DNA from: Blastocatellia bacterium
Lineage (GTDB): Bacteria; Acidobacteriota; Blastocatellia; UBA7656
Assembly: GCA_963765495.1 (NCBI GenBank)
Contig: CAVXWP010000003.1
Span: forward strand, 32,001 to 96,000
Length of the DNA stretch: 64,000 nucleotides
Direction of reading: 5' to 3'
Shown here: in pieces, positions 28,663 to 38,099 of the stretch
Layout: each line of letters opens with the position of its first letter
How positions within the stretch are numbered: the stretch's first letter is position 1
Program-made: the position numbers and the translations under genes
Notes under the pieces: generated by a model
The model's input: the letters and a program-made list of their open reading frames with translations, nothing else
The model's database searches: none
Told to the model about the DNA's origin: nothing

Positions 28663-29322
28663 ATGGAACATTCAAGAAGCTATCTGCCCGCGGCTGGCCA
28701 CGATTGGTTTCTGCCGCTCTATGATCCGATAGTGAGCTTGCTTGGCGGCAGTGCGGCCAGAAAGACGCTCCTCGATCAAGCGAACATACAGCCCGGTCAT
28801 CGAGTCCTAGACATCGGCTGTGGCACGGGCACTCTGGTCACGCTGATTAAGCAGCTTCATCCTGAGGTCGAAGTGGTCGGACTCGATCCCGATCCGAAGG
28901 CGCTCGCCCGAGCAAGAGGCAAGGCGGAACGAGCGTCTGTCTCCATCTTGTTCGACCAGGGGTTTGCCGATGAGCTTCCGTATTGCGAAGCGTCATTTGA
29001 TCGAGTCTTTTCCTCGTTCATGTTTCATCATCTAGAGCATGACGACAAGGAGAATACCCTGCGAGCGGTCAGGCAAGTCCTCAGACCGGGCGGTTCATTT
29101 CACCTTCTCGATTTTGGAGGGCCGGAGTCTGGAGTGACGGGCTTGCTGGCGCGATTGTTCCACTCCAGCCACCGACTGAGCGACAACTCCGAGAGCCGAA
29201 TACTCGGCCTAATGAGCCGTGTCGGGTTTGCAAACCCCAAAAAGGTCAGCCCGGGAGCCATGCTTTTGGGCCTCATGCGAATTGATTACTACCAGGCATC
29301 AGCGTCTACCTTTGATAGATGA
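28663..29322 (+). CDS. Class I SAM-dependent methyltransferase (UbiE-like)
   Basis: VLDIGCGTG, SFDRVFSS and LRPGG. Confidence 0.92.
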   Translation: MEHSRSYLPAAGHDWFLPLYDPIVSLLGGSAARKTLLDQANIQPGHRVLDIGCGTGTLVTLIKQLHPEVEVVGLDPDPKALARARGKAERASVSILFDQGFADELPYCEASFDRVFSSFMFHHLEHDDKENTLRAVRQVLRPGGSFHLLDFGGPESGVTGLLARLFHSSHRLSDNSESRILGLMSRVGFANPKKVSPGAMLLGLMRIDYYQASASTFDR

Positions 29323-29525
29323 TTCGATCTTTGTGGATCAAGTGAGCCAACGTGCAGAAGTAAGGTCTCTTCAACTTCATCGCGCACGGCTTCGGCCAGC
29401 ACTAATCGGCAGACTCGCGATGCACACAATGAAAGAACCGCTTTATCGAGCCCCCACCTGGCTACAATCCCACCAGTCAGCACATTAGAATCAAGAAAGA
29501 GCCGGGCGCGTCGTCCCTTACTCAA
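29289..29525 (-). pseudogene. PIN-domain (VapC-like) toxin, C-terminally truncated
   Basis: RLFLDSNVL motif and later EVEE. Only 78 aa and collides with the methyltransferase 3' end. Confidence 0.7.
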
Positions 29526-29866
29526 CGCCGCTTACCTTTTTTCATCGCCGTAGCTTCGCTGGCGACCTTTGGATATCGACGTGCAAAGACACGCTGTCGG
29601 GCCTCAGGCAGCGTACGCTGTAGATCGGCTTCACTGATGTTTAACCCCTCCAGCGCTAGACTGATCGAATTGCATAAGGCATCAAACCGCGTTTGCTCTG
29701 GCATTAAAATAAGACCGTCGCCGACCCTGAGCACTGCCACCGGCGCGCCTGGCTCTAACTGAATAGCATCGCGGTACTCTTTAGGCAGGGTTAATTGCCC
29801 CTTCTCACCCATACGAGTAGTAGTAAGATACTCCACCAGCGGAACAGCTTCAGTAGACATACACAA
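29522..29866 (-). CDS. AbrB/MazE/SpoVT-type antitoxin
   Basis: MGEKGQLTLPKEYRDAIQLEPG swapped-hairpin motif, coupled to the PIN gene. Confidence 0.85.
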   Translation of the reverse strand: MCMSTEAVPLVEYLTTTRMGEKGQLTLPKEYRDAIQLEPGAPVAVLRVGDGLILMPEQTRFDALCNSISLALEGLNISEADLQRTLPEARQRVFARRYPKVASEATAMKKGKRR

Positions 29867-29891
29867 GCATTCCCTTCCTTAAATTCTCGAC

Positions 29892-29910
29892 CAGTAGGAA
29901 ATTCCTACTG
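29892..29910. promoter_or_regulatory. Palindromic operator upstream of the AbrB-PIN pair
   Basis: CAGTAGGAA-A-TTCCTACTG, perfect 9-1-9 palindrome. Confidence 0.65.
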
Positions 29911-29970
29911 TACCGGATTTAGAGTACTTAGATGGGTAGAACAAATCTCCCTTCAGACAATAGGCTTTAT

Positions 29971-30460
29971 TCATCTTCCAAGAATCTTCTCTAAGCGTTC
30001 GGTTGCACTTTTTTGCATGGTCGGGAGGCAATGCAAATATGTATCAAGCGTTAGAACAATGCTTGCGTGGCCCAGCCGCTCGCTCACAACTTTAGGGTTC
30101 TCGCCTGCGGCAAGCAGTAGCGTAGCGCAAGAGTGCCTCAAATCGTAAAGGCGAATATCGGGCACGCCTACTTTAACAAGAAGTGGCTTGAAATGCCTGC
30201 CCTGAAGATTTCTGATTGAAATGATTGTACCTGTCTCTTAGGTGAAGACAAGGTTATGCTCATTCCTAAACCTATCTCCCATTCCCAGCCTCTGTTCAAG
30301 CTGGTGTTTCCTATGCTCCTGAAGCTTCCGCATAAGGTGAGCAGGAAGGGGGACTATGCGCCTGCTCTTACTTGTCTTGGGCTCTGCAAAATAGACCGCC
30401 TTCGTCCACCTCTCCCATACCACGACTCTTTGAACGCTAACAGTATAATTAGGGCGAATG
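29971..30460 (-). pseudogene. Tyrosine integrase, C-terminal half only, with an in-frame stop at 30238-30240
   Basis: EPKTSKSRR, YDLRHSCAT, ERLGHASI and LDTY. Both ORF pieces are in the same frame. Confidence 0.88.
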
Positions 30461-30515
30461 TGAAGCCTCAAAATGTTTACATTTCGATGGATTCCTGTGG
30501 TCTTCTACTAACTTC

Positions 30516-30533
30516 TGCCACAAATATGCCACA
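30516..30533. repeat. TGCCACA-AATA-TGCCACA direct repeat, resembling an integrase arm-type site
   Basis: 11-bp-period direct repeat next to the integrase remnant. Confidence 0.5.
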
Positions 30534-30562
30534 AGGCTTTCGCGTGGCAATGGGTTTGAATC

Positions 30563-30592
30563 TTGACCCCCTGTCCTACATAGTAGGACAAT
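30563..30592 (+). promoter_or_regulatory. Sigma70-like promoter with embedded palindromic operator
   Basis: TTGACC (-35) and GACAAT (-10-like), with TGTCCTAC-ATA-GTAGGACA at 30572-30590. Confidence 0.6.
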
Positions 30593-30601
30593 GATCTTCT
30601 G

Positions 30602-30688
30602 GTGTCAGAACTCGAATACTACACCTTCATCGAGACCCCTGTCTTCACCAGGCAGATTGACAGCAAGGCATCGCTCGATGTGCTGTAC
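30602..30688 (+). pseudogene. N-terminal fragment of a RelE/HigB-like toxin
   Basis: YTFIETPVFTRQI is typical of HigB-2/RelE-like toxins. It is fused to GH43 sequence. Confidence 0.6.
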
Positions 30689-30996
30689 GCGACCGCCGAA
30701 CGGCAATTGATCGGCGAGCGCCACAACATCTTCAGCGGGACTTCCATCGGCTTCACCGAAGCGCCGCACCTGTACAAGCGCAAAGGCTATTACTACCTGA
30801 TCGCGGCGGAGGGCGGCCGGAACAGTTCGACGCGAGTATCCTATCGGACGAGGCTGGCCCGCCGACGGCCTCAAATTTCACAGGGGCATTTGTCGGGATG
30901 TGCTGTCAGGACTATGCTGGCACAGGGCACCCGGCGGATTTCGACTACTTTGAGTATCGCGAGCGTGAATTCTCCGCCGCGCCTGATCGCAGTTGA
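30689..30996 (+). pseudogene. GH43 beta-xylosidase remnants (middle piece and C-terminus joined out of frame)
   Basis: TEAPHLYKRKGYYYLIAAEGG, then in another frame FDASILSDEA..NFTGAFVGMCCQD..ADFDYFEY*. Confidence 0.85.
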
Positions 30997-31037
30997 CTGC
31001 AAGCCGATAGGCTCAATCGTTTTCAAGAGAGGACAAG

Positions 31038-32111
31038 ATGATCATTACGAAATTCTGTCGTGCAGTGGTGTTGGTATTAATGATCGCGGTCGCGCTTCTT
31101 GCGGCACAGGTGAAAACGGAGGTGCCTCAGGTGGTGCCTGGCGCAAAGCCGGTTAAGGTAGAGCGCATCAAGATTCATGGGACGGCCCTCGAAGGCAACC
31201 TTGAAGGGGATGCCGTTGACCGCGACGTACTCGTGTTTCTGCCGCCCGGTTATGACAAGGAGAAGTCCCGGCGATATCCGGTCGTCTATGCCCTGCACGG
31301 TTATTCCATCGGCGCCGAGCAGTGGAGCCAGGAAATCCACGTGCCGCAAACCATCGAGGGCGCTTTCGCACAAGGTGCGAAAGAGATGATCGTCGTGCTG
31401 CCTGATTCAAAGACCGTGCACAACGGTTCGATGTATTCGAGTTCAGTTACTACCGGGGATTTTGAGAACTTTATCGCGCGTGATGTAGTGGACTACATTG
31501 ACACGCATTACCGGACGATTGCCAACCGGCTGGCTCGCGGGCTGGTTGGCCACTCCATGGGTGGATACGGCGCGACACGCATCGGCATGAAGCATGCGGA
31601 TGTGTTTGGCAGCCTGTACATCATGAGTCCGTGCTGTTTATCTCCACGACCTGCCGGGCCGGCGAATGCAGAAATGGAGAAGACGCTGGAGGCGGTAAAG
31701 ACACCCGAAGATTCGGCCAGGTTGCCGTTCATGGCCCGTGCGCAGTTAGCTACCGGCGCTGCCTGGTCACCCAATCCGAAGAACCCACCGCTCTACCTTG
31801 ACCTGCCGTTCAAAGATGGTCAGCCACAGCCGGATGTCCTGGCCAAATGGGCGGCGAACGCACCACTGGCGTTCATTGATCAGTACATCGGCAATCTCCG
31901 CCGATATCGGGCGATCGCGATGGATGTGGGGGACAAAGATGGGTTACGTGTTGACACAGGCAAGCTGCACGATGTCCTCGATAAATATGGCATCGCTAAC
32001 AGCTTTGAAGAGTATCAAGGCACTCATACCAGCGCGGTGGCCGTTCGTTTCCAGAACCACGTCTTGCCGTTCTTCAGCAAGAAACTTTGCTTCGCGAACA
32101 ACTGTAAATGA
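31038..32111 (+). CDS. Secreted alpha/beta-fold esterase (putative esterase / CE1-like)
   Basis: Signal peptide, VFLPPGY, YPVVYALHG and GHSMGG nucleophile elbow. Confidence 0.88.
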   Translation: MIITKFCRAVVLVLMIAVALLAAQVKTEVPQVVPGAKPVKVERIKIHGTALEGNLEGDAVDRDVLVFLPPGYDKEKSRRYPVVYALHGYSIGAEQWSQEIHVPQTIEGAFAQGAKEMIVVLPDSKTVHNGSMYSSSVTTGDFENFIARDVVDYIDTHYRTIANRLARGLVGHSMGGYGATRIGMKHADVFGSLYIMSPCCLSPRPAGPANAEMEKTLEAVKTPEDSARLPFMARAQLATGAAWSPNPKNPPLYLDLPFKDGQPQPDVLAKWAANAPLAFIDQYIGNLRRYRAIAMDVGDKDGLRVDTGKLHDVLDKYGIANSFEEYQGTHTSAVAVRFQNHVLPFFSKKLCFANNCK

Positions 32112-33109
32112 TGGCTATGAAAAAAATCCTGGTGGCAACCCTCTTCGTCCTGGGGTGGTGGGTCAACGGCAAAGAGGTCAGTGGTATCTATGGTGGCAGC
32201 CAGACCGTCATCGACGATGGCGTCTCCAATCGGGCCTCGGTCCTGGGATACAAAGTCAACGAAGCTAAATTGCCAACCACATCAACTGGCATCCTTTATG
32301 CTCAGGTCAATGGGGATTGGACCGAACCATTTCCACCGTTCAGAATTGCGGGAAATCTCTACTATATCGGCAGCAAAGGCCTCGCCAACTATCTGATCAC
32401 TACGCCGCAGGGGCATATCCTGATCAACAGTGATCTTGAAGAGAACATTCCCCTTATTCGGGCGAGTGTGGAAAAACTTGGATTCAAGTTCACCGACATC
32501 AAGGTCCTGCTCATCAGCCATGCACATTGGGATCACAACGCCGCCAGCGATACCATCAAGAAGCTGACCGGCGCGAAGTACATGGTCATGGACGCCGACG
32601 TGCCGGTTGTCGAATCGGGCGGCAAGGCGGACTTTCAGTATGGCAACGTGCCAGCGAGCCTCTACAAGCCAACGAATGTGGACCGCGTGCTTCACGATGG
32701 CGATGAGGTCAAGTTAGGGGACGCAGTCTTGGTGGCGCATCTCACGCCCGGCCATACCAAGGGCTGCACCACTTGGACAATGAAGGTGCAGGAAGCGGGT
32801 AAGCCCTATAACGTGGTAATCATCGGCAGCCCCAACGTGAATCCCGGCTACCGGCTCGTGAACAACTCGGCCTATCCGCAGATCGCGGCGGATTACGAAA
32901 AGACGTTCCGCGTCTTGAAATCCTTGCCATGCGACATCTTTCTCGGCGCGCATGGCAATTACTTCGATCTCGAAACGAAATACGCGCGGCTGAAAGAGAG
33001 CGGCCTTGCCGCCTTCGTTGATCCTGAAGGCTACAAGAAGTACGTGGCCGACAAAGAAGAAGCCTTCAAGGCCGAACTCGCAAAGCAAAGAGCCGCTCTG
33101 CCGAGATGA
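32108..33109 (+). CDS. Subclass B3 metallo-beta-lactamase-like protein
   Basis: PFPPFRIAGNLYYIG, SHAHWDH, TPGHTKGC, CDIFLGAH and a signal peptide. Confidence 0.9.
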   Translation: MMAMKKILVATLFVLGWWVNGKEVSGIYGGSQTVIDDGVSNRASVLGYKVNEAKLPTTSTGILYAQVNGDWTEPFPPFRIAGNLYYIGSKGLANYLITTPQGHILINSDLEENIPLIRASVEKLGFKFTDIKVLLISHAHWDHNAASDTIKKLTGAKYMVMDADVPVVESGGKADFQYGNVPASLYKPTNVDRVLHDGDEVKLGDAVLVAHLTPGHTKGCTTWTMKVQEAGKPYNVVIIGSPNVNPGYRLVNNSAYPQIAADYEKTFRVLKSLPCDIFLGAHGNYFDLETKYARLKESGLAAFVDPEGYKKYVADKEEAFKAELAKQRAALPR

Positions 33110-33194
33110 CCAATGAATGGATGGGATGGTATAACAACGTGGTCGAGGCGCACGAAGCAGATTCCTGATGGTTACTTTGCGCCAGGGGTAATTT

Positions 33195-33443
33195 ATGTCG
33201 GAAGATTCAGGAGGCGGATGGGAGTCGAGCCAGGAAACGGTCTTTGACTCGGATGTCGAAAATGTTTGTCGGATCGAGACGGCTTCGCCGGGGCCGCGCG
33301 GACAACTGCCCATCACGGCGGAGGATCTGACAGTCCGTCCGAGCGGCGACATCTTCGGCTGGACGCAGGATGTCGGGATGGGTTGGAATCCGGCGCGGCT
33401 ACGACGCCCCGAAGTCCTGATCCTGAGCACGCTGGATTCTTAA
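33195..33443 (+). pseudogene. N-terminal fragment of a YagF/YjhG-type D-xylonate dehydratase
   Basis: [32 protein letters not shown]. The rest of the gene is absent. Confidence 0.75.
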
Positions 33444-33489
33444 CAGGGCGCTTGCTCAAGCAACGGCCAATCAATCCGAGGATACGACA

Positions 33490-33696
33490 GTGAAAATCTA
33501 TCGAGTAAAAGACGGGGTCATCATTCAAGGCGGGACGGTAGAGGTTGAGCGAATGCGCGCAGGACTTCAGAGGCTTCATACATCGTTATTGGAGGCGAAG
33601 ATCCAGCACGTCTGGCACGAGTCACCCGGCACAGACCACGAGTGGCAGACCTGGCGTCGCGATCTGAAAGACTTTGCTCCAAGACTCTTTCAATAG
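33490..33696 (+). pseudogene. Chimeric remnant: short unrelated N-terminus (possibly FAH family) fused to an esterase C-terminus
   Basis: ESPGTDHEWQTWRRDLKDFAPRLF is a CE1-like esterase C-terminus. The MKIYRVKDG start is only weakly assignable. Confidence 0.6.
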
Positions 33697-33758
33697 GCCG
33701 CTCAATAAATGGCCGCGGCATTGAGCCGGAAGACTAAGACCGAAAGGAATGGCTTGTT

Positions 33759-35333
33759 ATGCGTGCACTTTTTGTCAGTTTCGCTCTGATCATTATGACC
33801 CTAATTGCTCCCTTCGCAGCCGCACAAAAGGTTGAATTGATTGTGGACGCATCTAAGGCCGGGGCGAAGATTGATCGTCATATTTTCGGCCAGTTCGCCG
33901 AGCACCTCGGTCATGGCGTCTACGAGGGCATATGGGTCGGCACGGGTTCGCCAATTCCTAACACGCGCGGCATCCGCAAGGATGTCGTCGCCGCGCTTAA
34001 GGCGATACGGGTGCCGAACGTTCGTTGGCCGGGCGGCTGCTTCGCCGACGAGTACCACTGGCGCAAAGGCATCGGCCCCGAGCGCCCAGAGACTCTCAAC
34101 CCCAACTGGGGCGGCGTGATCGAGCCAAACACCTTCGGCACGCACGAGTTCATGGACTTCCTCGACCAGATTGGTGCCGAGGCCTATCTCTCAGTAAACG
34201 TCGGCTCCGGCACGCTGCAAGAAGCCGCCGAGTGGCTGGAATACCTGACGACGGCGCAGCCGACCGCGCTTGCGAAGGAGCGCGCCGCCAACGGCCATCC
34301 GGCTCCCTACCCTATAGCCTTTCTCGGCATCGGCAATGAAAGCTGGGACTGCGGCGGCAACATGACGGCTGACTACTATCTGAGCCAGCTCAAGATTTAC
34401 AGCCGCTTCGTCCGCAACTTCAATCCGGCGCAGCAGGACAAACAGCAGATGCTCAAGATCGCCGTCGGCCCGGGAGGCGATGAGCCTCGATTCAACGAAT
34501 GGACCGAAACCATTATGAAAGCCTGGCAGAATCACCAGTGGAGTTGGGATATGCAAGGTCTCTCGCTACATAACTACACGGTCGTGAACTGGGACAAGAA
34601 GTTCGCATCCGTCGGATTCGGCGAGGGTGAGTACAGTCAGATCCTCAAGGCCACTTTGGAAATGGAAGGACTGATTCGCAAACATTCGGCCATCATGGAC
34701 AAGTATGACCCGCAAAAGAAGATCGCCCTCGTGGTTGACGAATGGGGCGCGTGGTACGCGCCGCTGCCCGGCAGCAATCCGGGGTTTCTGGTCCAGCAGA
34801 ACAGTCTGCGTGACGCGATACTCGCGGCGCTCAACCTCAACATCTTTGCCCGTCACGCCGACCGTGTGCGCATGACCAACATCGCGCAGATGATCAATGT
34901 CCTGCAAGCGATGATTCTGACCGACAAAGAAAAGATGGTGCTGACGCCGACCTACTACGTCTACAAAATGTACGTGCCATTCCAGGACGCCACGTTTGTG
35001 CCGGTCACTTTCAACGCCGGCACTTACACGCATGGAGAGATCACGTTACCGCGTGTGGACGCCATCGCCGCCCGGGACAAAGCCGGCAAGCTATGGCTTG
35101 AATTCACGAATGTCGATCCCAATCAGCCGGTCGAGATCGAGGTGAGTCTGGCCGGCATCACCGCTAAATCGGCAGCCGGGGAAACACTGACTGCGCCTGG
35201 AGTGGATAGCGTGAACAGCTTTGACGCACCGAATACGGTGGCGCCAAAACCCATCGCATCGAAGCTCCAGGGCGGTAAGCTGGCTTTGAGGCTGGAACCC
35301 AAGTCGGTGACCGTGATCTCAGTCGAGCAATGA
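33759..35333 (+). CDS. abfA: Alpha-L-arabinofuranosidase (GH51)
   Basis: FAEHLG, RWPGGCFADEYHW, GNESW, VDEWG and NIAQMINVLQ. Confidence 0.95.
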   Translation: MRALFVSFALIIMTLIAPFAAAQKVELIVDASKAGAKIDRHIFGQFAEHLGHGVYEGIWVGTGSPIPNTRGIRKDVVAALKAIRVPNVRWPGGCFADEYHWRKGIGPERPETLNPNWGGVIEPNTFGTHEFMDFLDQIGAEAYLSVNVGSGTLQEAAEWLEYLTTAQPTALAKERAANGHPAPYPIAFLGIGNESWDCGGNMTADYYLSQLKIYSRFVRNFNPAQQDKQQMLKIAVGPGGDEPRFNEWTETIMKAWQNHQWSWDMQGLSLHNYTVVNWDKKFASVGFGEGEYSQILKATLEMEGLIRKHSAIMDKYDPQKKIALVVDEWGAWYAPLPGSNPGFLVQQNSLRDAILAALNLNIFARHADRVRMTNIAQMINVLQAMILTDKEKMVLTPTYYVYKMYVPFQDATFVPVTFNAGTYTHGEITLPRVDAIAARDKAGKLWLEFTNVDPNQPVEIEVSLAGITAKSAAGETLTAPGVDSVNSFDAPNTVAPKPIASKLQGGKLALRLEPKSVTVISVEQ

Positions 35334-35369
35334 TGCAAGACTGCACGTAAAGTGGGCAGGAGGTTTGCA

Positions 35370-38063
35370 ATGTTTTCTCAAACGATCTCGCAACGGTGCG
35401 CGATGCGGGCGGCGGTCCTGTTTGTCGTCGCGGCGTGTCCATTCATCTTAGTGGCGCAACAGCGCTCCGCGAAGGCCCCCTACCTCGACCCGGCGCTTCC
35501 ATCCGAACGCCGCGCCGACGATCTCGTCGCGCGCATGACGCTTGAAGAGAAGATCTCGCAGATGATGAACGTCGCACCGGCCATCCCGCATTTAGGCATT
35601 CCGGAATACGACTGGTGGAACGAGGCGCTTCACGGCGTTGCGTTTTCAGGAGTAGCGACCGTCTTCCCGCAGGCGATAGGGCTTGGCGCCACCTTCGACC
35701 CCGACCTGGTCGGACGCATCGCCGACGTCATCTCGACCGAAGCCCGCGCCAAATACAATGAAGCGCAACGGCAGGGGAACCATGGTCGCTTTTACGGGCT
35801 CACGTTCTGGTCGCCGAACATCAATATCTTCCGGGACCCGCGCTGGGGCCGCGGCCAGGAGACCTACGGCGAAGACCCCTATCTGACGTCGCGTCTCGGC
35901 GTTGCCTTCGTGCGCGGCTTGCAGGGGAACGATCCGAAGTACCTCAAGGTGGTTTCGACGCCGAAGCACTATGCCGTACATAGCGGGCCGGAGCCTTTGC
36001 GCCACGGGTTCGACGCGGCGGCGAGCGACCGCGACCTGCGCGAAACCTACCTGCCCGCATTCCGGGCCACCGTGATCGAGGGGAAGGCCGCCTCCGTCAT
36101 GTGCGCCTATAACCGCGTCAACGGCCAGCCTTGCTGTGAGAATACACGGCTCCTGGCCGACATCCTCCGGGGCGAATGGGGCTTCGGGGGCTATGTCGTA
36201 TCGGACTGCGGCGCGGTCGGCGACATCTTCGCGAACCACAAGGTTGCGCCTTCCCAAGAGGCTGCCTCCGCGCGCGCCGTGAAGGCGGGAACCGACCTCG
36301 ATTGCGGCGACGAGTACGCGACGCTGCTCGCAGCCGTTAAGCAGGGACTCATCTCGGAAGCCGAAATAGACCGCGCGGTGAAGCGCCTGTTCGTCGCCCG
36401 GTTCCGGCTCGGAATGTTCGACCCGCCAGAGATGGTGCCGTTTTCGAAGATCCCGTTTTCAGAGAACGACTCGGCCGAGCACAGACGGCTCGCGTCCGAA
36501 GCCGCGCGCGAGTCCATGGTGCTGCTCAAGAACGATGGCACCCTGCCCCTCCGCAAGGACCTCGGCACGATCGCGGTCATCGGCCCGAACGCCGATGACC
36601 GCGACGTTTTGCTTGGCAACTACAATGGCCAGACGTCGCATGCCGTGACGCCGCTTGAGGGCATACGCCGGGCCGTCTCTGAGAAGACGAAGGTCGTCTC
36701 TGTGCGAGGCGCGTCGCTCACGTCCGTGGACGTCGTTCCCGTTCCGTCATCGTCCCTTACTCCGGCCGGCGCAGCGCCCGGCCAGCACGGTCTGCGCGCC
36801 GAGTATTTCGCCAATCGCGATCTCTCTGGAACTCCCGCTCTCACTCGCATTGATCCGGAAGTCTCTTTCGACTGGGGCATGGGGTCGCCGGCGCGAGAGA
36901 TTCCTGCGGACAACTTCTCGGCGCGGTGGACGGGAAAGCTCGTCGCCCCCGTGTCGGGCACGTATGCGCTGGGCTCGACAGCCGACGATGGCGTCCGCGT
37001 CTATCTCGACGGAAAGCTCATCACGGAGGATTGGACCGAGCATGCGCCAAGGACGGTGACCGGCCAGGTGACGCTCGAAGCGGGCCGCGCCTACGACGTG
37101 AAGGTCGAGTACTTCGAGAGCCACATCGGCGCGGTCGCCAGGTTCGTCTGGATGCCTCCCTCATCGCGCGAGGTCACTTTCGCCGAAGCGGTTGATGCGG
37201 CGAAGCGGGCCGATGCGGTCGTGATGGTGCTCGGCATCTCGTCCAAGCTCGAAGGCGAAGAGATGAACGTCACCGAGCCCGGGTTCAAGGGCGGCGACCG
37301 CACGTCGATTGACCTGCCGGAACGCCAGCAGCGCCTGCTCGAAGCGGTCGCGGCGACCGGCAAGCCCGTCGTCGTCGTGCTGTTGAGCGGCAGCGCGCTC
37401 GTGGTGAACTGGGCGGCCGAGCACGCAAACGCGATTCTCCAGGCGTGGTATCCGGGCGAAGAAGGCGGCACGGCCCTGGCCGATGTGCTCTTTGGCGATT
37501 ACAACCCGGCGGGCCGACTGCCCGTGACGTTCTACAAATCGCTCGACCAGTTGCCGCCGTTCGAGAGCTACGCGATGGACGGGCGGACCTACCGGTACTT
37601 CAAGGGCGAGCCGCTCTACCCGTTCGGCTATGGCCTCAGCTACACACGCTTCGGCTATTCGAAGCTCGTCGTACCGAAGAGGGTCGCGGCTGGCGCTCCC
37701 TTTACGGTCCGGGCGACCGTGACGAACACGGGCACGAAGCCGGGCGACGAAGTCATCCAGCTCTACGTGACGGATGTTGCGGCCTCCGTGCGCGTCCCCG
37801 TCCGCTCACTTCAGGGCGTACAAAGGATTCACCTCGCGCCCGGCGAGCGACGCGAAGTGAGCTTCGCGCTTGAGCCGCGCCAGCTCGCGATCGTCAACGA
37901 TTCGGGAGCGACAGTGGTCGAGCCCGGAGAGTTCTCAGTAGCGGTCGGCGGCAAGCAGCCGGGGTTTAAGGGGCGCACTGACGCGGCAACCACATCGGTC
38001 GTCGAAGGACGCTTTCGAGTGACAGGCAAAGCAACCGTGATCCGCAACGAGGCGAGTCGTTGA
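35370..38063 (+). CDS. GH3 beta-xylosidase/glucosidase with PA14 and Fn3-like domains
   Basis: WWNEALHG, RDPRWGRGQETYGEDP, KHYAVH, VSDC, PA14 FSARWTG..DDGVR and AWYPG. RBS AGGAGG. Confidence 0.95.
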   Translation: MFSQTISQRCAMRAAVLFVVAACPFILVAQQRSAKAPYLDPALPSERRADDLVARMTLEEKISQMMNVAPAIPHLGIPEYDWWNEALHGVAFSGVATVFPQAIGLGATFDPDLVGRIADVISTEARAKYNEAQRQGNHGRFYGLTFWSPNINIFRDPRWGRGQETYGEDPYLTSRLGVAFVRGLQGNDPKYLKVVSTPKHYAVHSGPEPLRHGFDAAASDRDLRETYLPAFRATVIEGKAASVMCAYNRVNGQPCCENTRLLADILRGEWGFGGYVVSDCGAVGDIFANHKVAPSQEAASARAVKAGTDLDCGDEYATLLAAVKQGLISEAEIDRAVKRLFVARFRLGMFDPPEMVPFSKIPFSENDSAEHRRLASEAARESMVLLKNDGTLPLRKDLGTIAVIGPNADDRDVLLGNYNGQTSHAVTPLEGIRRAVSEKTKVVSVRGASLTSVDVVPVPSSSLTPAGAAPGQHGLRAEYFANRDLSGTPALTRIDPEVSFDWGMGSPAREIPADNFSARWTGKLVAPVSGTYALGSTADDGVRVYLDGKLITEDWTEHAPRTVTGQVTLEAGRAYDVKVEYFESHIGAVARFVWMPPSSREVTFAEAVDAAKRADAVVMVLGISSKLEGEEMNVTEPGFKGGDRTSIDLPERQQRLLEAVAATGKPVVVVLLSGSALVVNWAAEHANAILQAWYPGEEGGTALADVLFGDYNPAGRLPVTFYKSLDQLPPFESYAMDGRTYRYFKGEPLYPFGYGLSYTRFGYSKLVVPKRVAAGAPFTVRATVTNTGTKPGDEVIQLYVTDVAASVRVPVRSLQGVQRIHLAPGERREVSFALEPRQLAIVNDSGATVVEPGEFSVAVGGKQPGFKGRTDAATTSVVEGRFRVTGKATVIRNEASR

Positions 38064-38099
38064 TTGGGTATTCCCTCTCGACCGGAAGGAGCTTTAACT

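Noticed and set aside
29900-30600. tRNA/att core next to the integrase remnant
   Set aside because: No cloverleaf or T-loop GTTCGA..CCA pattern was found.
30602-31156. 184-aa ORF as a real novel toxin-glycosidase fusion protein
   Set aside because: It is composed of short fragments, with the GH43 C-terminus in another frame. It is deletion debris.
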